Shown piece by piece: positions 40,072-47,553 of a stretch of DNA of 64,000 nt; position 1 is the stretch's first letter, and each line of letters begins with the position of its first letter. The notes beneath the pieces were generated by a model that was not told the origin of the DNA, searched no databases, and saw only the letters and a list, made by a program, of their open reading frames with translations. Source of the stretch: Rhodovibrionaceae bacterium (lineage in GTDB: Bacteria > Pseudomonadota > Alphaproteobacteria > Kiloniellales > DSM-21159). The DNA is taken from assembly GCA_040882845.1 (NCBI GenBank), contig JBBEAM010000001.1, positions 48,142 through 112,141 on the forward strand, read 5' to 3'. The translations under genes and the position numbers were made by a program.

Positions 40072-40216
40072 AGCCTGAAGGCCCGGCGGAAAAAACCGCG
40101 GGCATTGCGCGCGTCGCATTTTTTCCCGGGCCTGGGCCGCGGAGCTTTTATCCCAAGCCCCTGCCTGTGCTAGCCTCGCTGCCGGACCGCCACAGCCCGG
40201 AAAGCAAGGACAAGCC

Positions 40217-41041
40217 ATGCCTGCGCCCAGCCCCGACCTCGGAACCCGCACCTCGATCTACCAGCCGGAGCAGCAGGGGCTGCGCTTTCCCGCCGAGCCG
40301 GCCTGCAACTCGCCGCAGGAGCTGCGCCTGCATCGCAAGCAGCGGCTGGTCGCGGCCTGCCGCGCCTTTGCCGGCTGGGGCTTCGACTATGGCTTCGCCG
40401 GGCACCTGACGATCCGCGATCCCGAGCACCCGGAGCTTTACTGGACCAATCCCATGGCGGTGCATTTCCGCGAGGTCCGGCTGTCCAACCTGATCCTGGT
40501 CGATCACGGCGGCCAGGTGGTCGAGGGCGACTACGCCGTCAACCGCGCCGGCTTCGTGCTGCACGCCGCGGTTCATGAGGCCAATCCCGACATCCTGGCG
40601 ATGTGCCACGCCCATACGGTCAACGGCACGGCCTTCGCCGCGCTCGGCAAGCCGCTGGCGCCGATCACCCAGGACGCCTGCGCCTTCTTCGAGGATCACG
40701 CGGTGATCGTCGAGGATGCCGGGGCGGTGGCGGTGGAGGAGGATGCCGGGGCGCGGATCTGCAGCGCCTTCAAGGGGGTCAAGGCGGCGATCCACCAGAA
40801 CCACGGGATCTTTTCGGCCAGCCGCCATTCGATCGATGCGGCGGCCTTCTGGTTCATGGCGCTGGAACGCTGCTGCGGCCAGCAGCTGATGGTCGAGGCG
40901 AGCGGGCAGCCGCCGCGCCTGGTTCCGCCCGAGGCCGCCCGCTACAGCCGCGCGCACGTCGGCAGCGAATACATCGGCTGGCTGCACTTCCAGCCGGTCT
41001 ACGACGAACTCGCCGCCCGCTGTCCGGAGATGTTCGACTAG
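40217..41041 (+). CDS. class II aldolase/adducin family protein
   Basis: 274 aa. GHLTIRDPE..., AGFVLHAAVHEANPDILAMCHAHTVNGTAF and HQNHGI are typical of the fold. Confidence 0.85.
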   Translation: MPAPSPDLGTRTSIYQPEQQGLRFPAEPACNSPQELRLHRKQRLVAACRAFAGWGFDYGFAGHLTIRDPEHPELYWTNPMAVHFREVRLSNLILVDHGGQVVEGDYAVNRAGFVLHAAVHEANPDILAMCHAHTVNGTAFAALGKPLAPITQDACAFFEDHAVIVEDAGAVAVEEDAGARICSAFKGVKAAIHQNHGIFSASRHSIDAAAFWFMALERCCGQQLMVEASGQPPRLVPPEAARYSRAHVGSEYIGWLHFQPVYDELAARCPEMFD

Positions 41042-41150
41042 CTGAAATCTGCAGGTCTGCAGTACGCGCACGGCGCGAAAACGCAGGGAAAGCTTGCCAG
41101 GGGCCCCGTGCTGAGAAATCCTGCGGGCATCTACCTGGGCCGGGAACAAC

Positions 41151-43346
41151 ATGCCGCTGCTGGAACATTCACGCCTCGAGCGTTCGCGCGGCGCCACGCT
41201 GCTCAGCGCCAGGCCGGTGGTGCGCCTGCAAGGCCGCCTGACCGACGCAGCGGGCCTGGCAAGGGCCTGGCCGGAGCTGACCGCCCGGATCGAGGCGGCG
41301 ATCGCCGCCGTCGGGCTGCAGGATCTGCAGCTCCAGGCCGGGGAATCCAGCGCCGCCGAGCGTGCCCGGGAGGCCTTCGCCCAGCTCCCGCCCCGCCTCG
41401 CGCCGGAGCAGGCCTGCGCGGAAATCGGCCGGCTGCTCGCCGCCGCCGCCGCGGCGCTGATGGCCGCGGCGCGCGCGCCCCAGGGCGCCTGGGGCGCGGT
41501 CAAGGCCTCGCCGCCGGAGTTCCTCGCCTACTGGGACGACTGGATGGACGGCGTCGGCCAAGCCGCCGGGCGGGCGGCGCAGGCGCTGCTTGAGGCTGCC
41601 TACGCCCGGCCCGGGGAAGATCTGGAGGAGACGGCGAAAACCGCTCTGGCGGAGGTGCGCGGCAAGCGGGTCGACGGCTTCATCTACACCAGCGTGCGGG
41701 CCGCCGAAAGCCGCGGCATCCCCTGGCGCCTGCTCGCCCCCGGCAGCCTGCTGGTCGCCTATGGCCAGGGCCGGCGGCAGCGCTGGATCCGCGCCACGCT
41801 GAGCGACGTCCAGAGCTACGCCAGCGTGTACATCACCCTGCGCAAGGACCTGACCAGCAAGCTGCTGGCGCGGGCCGGCTTTCCGGTGCCCGAGCACCGC
41901 CTGGTCAAGAGCCGGGCGGAGGCCGCCGCCGCCGCCGAGGCGCTGGACTATCCCCTGGTGGTCAAGCCCTTGAACGGCTCGCGAGCGGAGCACGTCTCGC
42001 TCTGGCTCGACAGCCCGGAGCAGGTGGCGGAGGCTTATGCGCTCTGCGGGCCCGAGGGCACCCCGGTCCTGGTCGAATGCCAGGCTCTGGGCGAGCCCTA
42101 CCGCGTCACCGTGTTCGGCGGCCGGGCCGTCGCCGCCGGGCGGCACTCGATCCCCGCGGTGACCGGCGACGGCGTCAGCAGCATCGCCGCGCTGATCGCC
42201 GCCTGGGACGCCCGGGCGAAGCTACCGGTGGCCGATAGCTACGCCCGTTACTACCAGATCGACCGGGAGTTCTACCGCGACCAGATGACTCAGCGGCTCG
42301 AGGCGCAGGGTCTGACCCTGGAGTCCGTTCCCGAGCCGGGCCGCGAGGTGCTGCTCGGCTACCTGCCCCAGCGCGCCGGCGGCGGGCTCTACAACGACGT
42401 TACCGACCGGATCCACCCCGGCCTGATGCGGATGGCCGAGGACATTGCCACGGTGCTCGGCAGTCCCACGCTCGGCGTCGACATCATCACCCCCGACGTC
42501 GCCAAGGCGCCGGGCGAGGCGCCGCTGGCGATCAACGAGGTCAATTCCTCGCCCAGCGCCCGGGCGCACGAGCAGACCGACCAGCCCCGGCGGGTCGCTG
42601 CGCAGGCCCTGGCGGCCGTCTTTCCGGGCGAAGCGAGGAGCGTGCTGGGCGGCGATGCCGGGCGCATTCCGCTCGCCCTGTTCTACGATTTTCCCGATCC
42701 GGCGGTGCTGGACAGCCTGGAAGCCCTGCTTCAAGCGGCCGGCTGGATGCCCGGGGTCGCCGATCCGCACACGGCGCGGATCGCTGGCTACGCCCTGCAT
42801 CCCGCCGACGGCAAGCGCAGCCACCCCGGGGCGGCGGTGTTGCGCGACCGCCGCGCGGATGCCGGTATTTTTGGCGTCGTCCTCAACGATCTCAGCCGCC
42901 GCGGTCTGCCCAGCGATCACGCCGATGTCGCTGCCTTCGCGCCGGGGACGCTCGAACGGCGGGACCAACTGCTGCGCCCGGCTGCCAGCCTGCTGGCCGG
43001 CTTGCCCGGGAGCGTGCTGCTGACAGCGCCGGGAGAGGCGCCGGACTGGCTCCGCGCCGCGGCGCGACACCGCCGCTGGATCGCCGTGGCGGCGCCGGAG
43101 GCGGGAGAGACTGCGCCACCGGGGGAGGGCGAGCTGCTGCGCTGCGAGGCCGGCGCCGAGGGCCAGCGGCGGGCGGTGCTGTGCGGCGCGGGAAGCCGCG
43201 ATCTGCTCTGCGACCGGCTCGAAGAGGAGAATCCGGCGGCGCAGCTCTGGGCGCTGGCGGCGCTGCTCGGCCTCGGCTTTTCGCCCGGTGAGATCCGCCG
43301 TCTGGCGCTGCGCGCTTGGGAGGCCCGCCATGGCGTCCCGGCCTGA
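41151..43346 (+). CDS. cyanophycin synthetase-like protein A (N domain + ATP-grasp + P-loop-less Mur-ligase-like tail; CphA2-style)
   Basis: 731 aa. RAAESRGIPWRLLAPGSLLVAYGQGRRQRWIRATLSDVQSYASVYITLRKDLTSKLL parallels the CphA N/G junction. ATP-grasp blocks YPLVVKPLNGSRAEHV, VLVECQ, YRVTVFGG, AINEVNSSP. The tail begins RIPLALFYDFPDPAV, where CphA has RIPxxxVTGTNGKTT. Confidence 0.75.
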   Translation: MPLLEHSRLERSRGATLLSARPVVRLQGRLTDAAGLARAWPELTARIEAAIAAVGLQDLQLQAGESSAAERAREAFAQLPPRLAPEQACAEIGRLLAAAAAALMAAARAPQGAWGAVKASPPEFLAYWDDWMDGVGQAAGRAAQALLEAAYARPGEDLEETAKTALAEVRGKRVDGFIYTSVRAAESRGIPWRLLAPGSLLVAYGQGRRQRWIRATLSDVQSYASVYITLRKDLTSKLLARAGFPVPEHRLVKSRAEAAAAAEALDYPLVVKPLNGSRAEHVSLWLDSPEQVAEAYALCGPEGTPVLVECQALGEPYRVTVFGGRAVAAGRHSIPAVTGDGVSSIAALIAAWDARAKLPVADSYARYYQIDREFYRDQMTQRLEAQGLTLESVPEPGREVLLGYLPQRAGGGLYNDVTDRIHPGLMRMAEDIATVLGSPTLGVDIITPDVAKAPGEAPLAINEVNSSPSARAHEQTDQPRRVAAQALAAVFPGEARSVLGGDAGRIPLALFYDFPDPAVLDSLEALLQAAGWMPGVADPHTARIAGYALHPADGKRSHPGAAVLRDRRADAGIFGVVLNDLSRRGLPSDHADVAAFAPGTLERRDQLLRPAASLLAGLPGSVLLTAPGEAPDWLRAAARHRRWIAVAAPEAGETAPPGEGELLRCEAGAEGQRRAVLCGAGSRDLLCDRLEEENPAAQLWALAALLGLGFSPGEIRRLALRAWEARHGVPA

Positions 43347-45483
43347 AGCCGAGATCAAGAGCTTCCGTGGCGCCAACCTGCTGGTTGCCCGGCCCTCGAC
43401 GATGCTGGAAATGGCGGTCCCCGATTGGCCGGGACTGCAGGACGCTGCGCGGCGAAGGAAGCTGGCCGAGGCCGTGAGAACGGCCTTGAGGCTCGAGGAC
43501 AGCCAAGGGCTCTGGGCCGGTCTGGCAAGGACCGCCGAGGCCGGTCCCGCCGAATTCCTCGCGCCGCTGCTCGCCCTGACGGCATTGGGGCTGCAGCGGC
43601 GGGTTGGCCGGCGGGTAACGCGGCACCGTGCCATCGTCGTCGCTGGCGGCAGGAAGCTCGTCGCGGTCTGGGAACACTTCACCGACTTCGAGGGCAGGGC
43701 CGCCGGCCGCCAGGCCCTCGATCTGGTCCAGGATTTCGCCGGCGCGGACAGCAGCCCGGCCAAGCGCGGCGCGCGCGCCGAAAAGGCGGTGGCGGCGCTG
43801 CGCGAGGAGCTGCCCGATCCCGTCGCCGACGTGATCATGGAGGGGCTGCAGGCGCGCGGCCTGCCCTGGCGGATCTTCGACAATCAGTGGCCGGCTTTCG
43901 AGGCCGGCACCGGCTGCAAGCGTCAGCGTCTGATGACTTCGATGCCCGACAGCCAGGGTCACCTCGACCGCATGGTCTTCCGCAACAAATTCCTGGCCGG
44001 GGCGATCCTGCGCGAGGCCGGGCTGCCGATGCCGCGGCACGAGCAGGTACGCAGCGCCGCGCAGGCGCTCGCCGCGGCCGGGCGGATCGGTTACCCGGTG
44101 GTGGTCAAGCCGGTCGATTCCGGCCGTTCGAAAGGCGTCTCGGTCAATCTGCGGGATGCCTCGGCCATTCCCGAAGCCTACGCCTTCGCCCGTCAGCACG
44201 GCTCCGCCGTGCTGGTGGAACGCTTCATCCCCGGTCTTCCTTACCGCATCCTGATCCTGGAGGGGGAGGTGATCGCCGCGGCGCTGCGCGGCGTCCCTGG
44301 CGTCACCGGCGACGGCGCGCTCAGCGTAGGCCAGCTGATCGAACGCGAGAACGCCCGCCGCGAGGAGGAGAACCTCGGCCTCAGCCAGCCGCTGCCGAGG
44401 ATCAACATCGCCGCCTTCGCCGAGGAATGCGACCGCCGCCTGGCCGAGCAGGACCTGACCCTCGACGGCGTTCCCGAGGCGGGGCAGGAGGTCTGGCTGG
44501 CGCATCATGCGCAGCGCGGGCGCGGCGGCCTCAATGTCGACGTCACGGCGGAGCTGCACCCCGACCACTTCGACCTGGCGGCGCAGATCTCCGCGATCAT
44601 GCGCTGCCCGATGATCGGCATCGACTTTATCACCCAGGACATCCGCCGTTCTTTCCGGGAGGTGCCTTGCGGAATCAACGAGGTCAACATCGAGCCGGCG
44701 CTGAACCTGCATATGCGCATGACGCGTACGCCGCGCGACGTCGTGGCGCCGCTGCTCGGCAAGATCTTCCCCCGGGGCGACGACGGGCGGATTCCCATGC
44801 TGACGGTCTATGGCCCGGCGTCGGCACCGCTCGGCCTGCTGCGGCGCGCCTATGCCGCCACGGGGCGGCGTCTCGGTTTCGCGGCGGGCGAAGGCGGCAC
44901 CTGGATAGGTTCGGAGCCGCTTGCCCTCGAGGGAGGGATCGACCGCAGGATCGAAAGCCTGCTGTACGATCCCCGCGTCGAGGCGCTGCTGCTCGAGCTC
45001 TGTCTCGAGGATTTCAGACGCGGCTTCGCCTTCGATCGCAGCGAGGCGACGCTGTATCTGCACGGCCCCGGCGAGGGCGACGGCAACCGCGCCGCCTGCG
45101 TCAAGCTGCTGCGGGAGACGACTCACGGGCTCGAGATCCTGCCGCTGGAGCAGCTCGAGAGCTGGCAGGCGGAATTCGGTGCCCTGCGCGCTCCGGCGGT
45201 GCTGTTCAGCGAGGCCCTGCGGCCCGAGGGCCTCTCCGCAGCGCTGTCCGGGGGGCATAGGGTCGTCGGCACCCGCGAAGGCGCAGCGGGCTCCCTGGGC
45301 GTCTTCGCCGGCGGCCTTTTCGATCTGCTGGCCGCTCTCGGCGCCGGGGCCAGCGCGGAACTACGGCGCGAAGCGCTGCTCGCCGCCGCCGGGCTGCTCG
45401 GCCTCGGCCTCTCGATCCAGGAAACGCGCCGCTGCCTGAACGCGGCGCTGGAGGAACAGGCTCAGGAGAGGGAGGCGGAATGA
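43330..45483 (+). CDS. cyanophycin synthetase-like protein B (paralog of A; same architecture)
   Basis: 717 aa from the ATG at 43330, which lies 17 nt inside gene A. N-terminal IKSFRGANLLVARPSTMLEMAV resembles the CphA N-terminus. ATP-grasp blocks YPVVVKPVDSGRSKGV, VLVERFIPG, YRILILEGE, GINEVNIEP. Tail begins RIPMLTVYGPASAPLG (no GKT P-loop). Confidence 0.75.
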   Translation: MASRPEAEIKSFRGANLLVARPSTMLEMAVPDWPGLQDAARRRKLAEAVRTALRLEDSQGLWAGLARTAEAGPAEFLAPLLALTALGLQRRVGRRVTRHRAIVVAGGRKLVAVWEHFTDFEGRAAGRQALDLVQDFAGADSSPAKRGARAEKAVAALREELPDPVADVIMEGLQARGLPWRIFDNQWPAFEAGTGCKRQRLMTSMPDSQGHLDRMVFRNKFLAGAILREAGLPMPRHEQVRSAAQALAAAGRIGYPVVVKPVDSGRSKGVSVNLRDASAIPEAYAFARQHGSAVLVERFIPGLPYRILILEGEVIAAALRGVPGVTGDGALSVGQLIERENARREEENLGLSQPLPRINIAAFAEECDRRLAEQDLTLDGVPEAGQEVWLAHHAQRGRGGLNVDVTAELHPDHFDLAAQISAIMRCPMIGIDFITQDIRRSFREVPCGINEVNIEPALNLHMRMTRTPRDVVAPLLGKIFPRGDDGRIPMLTVYGPASAPLGLLRRAYAATGRRLGFAAGEGGTWIGSEPLALEGGIDRRIESLLYDPRVEALLLELCLEDFRRGFAFDRSEATLYLHGPGEGDGNRAACVKLLRETTHGLEILPLEQLESWQAEFGALRAPAVLFSEALRPEGLSAALSGGHRVVGTREGAAGSLGVFAGGLFDLLAALGAGASAELRREALLAAAGLLGLGLSIQETRRCLNAALEEQAQEREAE

Positions 45484-46349
45484 AGACTTGGGTTCTCGCC
45501 AACCCGCCGCCGGTTTCCGAGGACACCGCCTATCTGCTGGGGCGGGTGACCTCGCGCAGCTCGGAAGTCGTGGTCACCCAGGTCGGGGAGCTGGACCGGG
45601 AAGTGCCGCCTCCGCCGGTGGGGGTCGAGGTCATCCTCAACCGCAGCTTCAACACCCAGGCGGAATTCCTACTGGGGCTGGATGCGCTGGCCGAGCGGTG
45701 CGGCGTACGCGTCTGCAATCCCGGCGCGGCGACGCTCGCCGCCTGCGACAAGCGCAGCTACATCGCCGACTATGCCGACGTGATTCCCGAAACCCGGATT
45801 GCCGGTAGCCGCGCGGCGCTGCGGCGCGTCTGGGAGGAACTGGGCGGCGATATCGTGATCAAGGAGCCCTTCGGCAAGCACGGCAAACAGGTCGAGCGCC
45901 TGCGCGCGCCCGCCGACCTGCCGGCGGCGGAGGCGCTGCTGGCCCAATCGCGCTGCGGCGAACTCGTGGCGCAGCGCTTCTGCAGCGGTTTTCTTGCCGG
46001 CGACAAGCGGGTGATCGTGCAGCGCCGGCCGGAAGGCGGCTACGCCGCCCTGGCCTGGTTTCAGCGCGTGCCGCGCCCCGGTGGCTGGAAAAGCAACGTC
46101 AGCGCGGGGGGCAGCGTCGTGGACTGCGATCTCTCGGCCGAGGAGATGACCCTGGCCGAAGCTCTGGCGGCGCGCAGCGGACTCGACTACGTCGGGCTGG
46201 ACCTCGCCCGACACGAGAGGCGTACGCTGTTGATCGAGACCAACAGCTACACCGGCGGCCACGTGAACTTCGATATCGTGCGGCGGGAACGTACGGGAGA
46301 CATCTTCGCGGAGCTCATCGCCCATCTGGCCAGCCAGGGCCGCTCGTAG
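45480..46349 (+). CDS. GshB/RimK-type ATP-grasp ligase
   Basis: 289 aa. ATG overlaps the gene B stop (ATGA). CDKRSYI, IVIKEPFGKHGKQV, VAQRF, GDKRVIVQRR, GGWKSNVSAGGS, GLDL and LIETNSYTGG fit the glutathione synthetase/RimK ATP-grasp pattern. Confidence 0.75.
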   Translation: MKTWVLANPPPVSEDTAYLLGRVTSRSSEVVVTQVGELDREVPPPPVGVEVILNRSFNTQAEFLLGLDALAERCGVRVCNPGAATLAACDKRSYIADYADVIPETRIAGSRAALRRVWEELGGDIVIKEPFGKHGKQVERLRAPADLPAAEALLAQSRCGELVAQRFCSGFLAGDKRVIVQRRPEGGYAALAWFQRVPRPGGWKSNVSAGGSVVDCDLSAEEMTLAEALAARSGLDYVGLDLARHERRTLLIETNSYTGGHVNFDIVRRERTGDIFAELIAHLASQGRS

Positions 46350-46623
46350 CGCTCAGCGGCGGTTTGCCGCCGGCGGGGGACCTGCTGCGGCGCGTCAGAT
46401 GCAGCGCGATCCAGCCGCGCAGCCGGCGGAACCATAGAATCATCGGCATGCGGATCTGCTGGCTGCCGCTGAACATCACCACGACGCCGAGCGGCAGCAT
46501 CCAGATGCCGAGCACCGGCAGGAAACTGAAAATCCCGCCCAGGATCAGAAAGCAGCCGATGATGAAGCGGATCGCCAGCGGCCAGGTCAGCAGCCGGCGG
46601 AGATAGGGGTTGGGTCTTTGCAT
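46315..46623 (-). CDS. small membrane protein (102 aa; possibly PGPGW-type)
   Basis: Two adjacent hydrophobic helices (LAIRFIIGCFLILGGIFSFLPVLGIWMLPLGVVVMF). Its 3' end overlaps the 3' end of the ATP-grasp gene by 35 nt, convergently. Family call is tentative. Confidence 0.45.
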   Translation of the reverse strand: MQRPNPYLRRLLTWPLAIRFIIGCFLILGGIFSFLPVLGIWMLPLGVVVMFSGSQQIRMPMILWFRRLRGWIALHLTRRSRSPAGGKPPLSATSGPGWPDGR

Positions 46624-46779
46624 CTGAAGGCCATGATGATGAGTTCCGTGGCGATATCAACACCGCAAAGTGTCGAAATCGCGGCCGCTCGACATTTCCC
46701 TGCTTTTGGCTGCCTTATGACCGCGGCCGCGGCGATTCCTCCCTTGAGGCCTGGCGGCGGCTATCCAATAGTCTAGGCC

Positions 46780-47466
46780 ATGGCCTTGAAGCGGCACTTC
46801 ACGCGTGACGATCCCTACAGTCCGGCGGAGGAGATCGCCCATGCCGTGACCCATGGAATCGGCGCCGCGCTCTCCGTGGCGGCGCTGGCCGCGCTGCTGG
46901 CCCTGGCGCTGGAGCGCGGCAGCGCGACGGCGATCCTCGCGGTGGCGCTCTACGGCGGGGCGCTGATCGTCCTCTTCCTGGCGTCGACCCTGCATCACTC
47001 CCTGCCCCAGGGCCGCGCCAAGGACGCCTTCCTGGTGGCCGATCACTGCGCCATCTATCTGCTGATCGCCGGCACCTATTCCCCCTTCGCGCTGTTGGTG
47101 CTGCCGCCGGAGCTCGGCTGGATGGTTTTCGCCGCGGTTTGGGGATTGGCGGGTCTGGGGATCCTGCTCAAGCTGACCGATTCCTATCTGCTCGCCCTGC
47201 GCTGGGAGGCCGCGGTTTCCATCGTGCTTTACCTGGCCATGGGCTGGCTCGGCCTGCTGGTCGCCGGTCCGGAGCTGGTCGAGGGCCTGAGCGGCCACGG
47301 GCTGTTCTGGCTGCTCGCCGGCGGCCTGCTCTACACCCTGGGGGTCGGCTTCTACGTCTGGCGCCGCCTGCGCTTCAATCACGCGATCTGGCACTGCACC
47401 GTGCTGCTCGCCGCCGTCGCCCATTTCATTGCCGTCTACGGCTTTGTGCTGCCGGCCAAGCTGTGA
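46780..47466 (+). CDS. hemolysin III / PAQR family membrane protein
   Basis: 228 aa, seven TM helices. EEIAHAVTHGIGA at the N-terminus, STLHHS, DHCAIYLLIAGTYSPF, and the C-terminal HAIWHCTVLLAAVAHF. Confidence 0.88.
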   Translation: MALKRHFTRDDPYSPAEEIAHAVTHGIGAALSVAALAALLALALERGSATAILAVALYGGALIVLFLASTLHHSLPQGRAKDAFLVADHCAIYLLIAGTYSPFALLVLPPELGWMVFAAVWGLAGLGILLKLTDSYLLALRWEAAVSIVLYLAMGWLGLLVAGPELVEGLSGHGLFWLLAGGLLYTLGVGFYVWRRLRFNHAIWHCTVLLAAVAHFIAVYGFVLPAKL

Positions 47467-47553
47467 GCCTTCTTCGGCGGCGCCAAAAGGCATGACTCTC
47501 CACACAAATCCACAGTAGGCTGAGCGAGATCACGCCGGGTGTTGGGGCGAAAG

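Noticed and set aside
40085-40124. Imperfect hairpin plus T6 tract after the lipoprotein gene as a terminator
   Set aside because: The stem (cccggcgg / ccgcggg) needs a bulge, and the T-tract is separated from it by about 15 nt. Plausible, but not strong enough to list as a feature.
41049-41062. ctgcag-gt-ctgcag element between the aldolase gene and the ligase operon as a possible operator or terminator
   Set aside because: It is two copies of a self-complementary hexamer with a 2-nt spacer. The loop is too tight for a stable hairpin, and there is no T-tract.
42892-45258. 788-aa minus-strand ORF, plus the 611-aa off-frame plus-strand ORF (43425..45260), across the CphA-like genes
   Set aside because: The in-frame plus-strand products show coherent ATP-grasp and CphA-like motifs. 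These alternatives are compositionally biased and motif-free.
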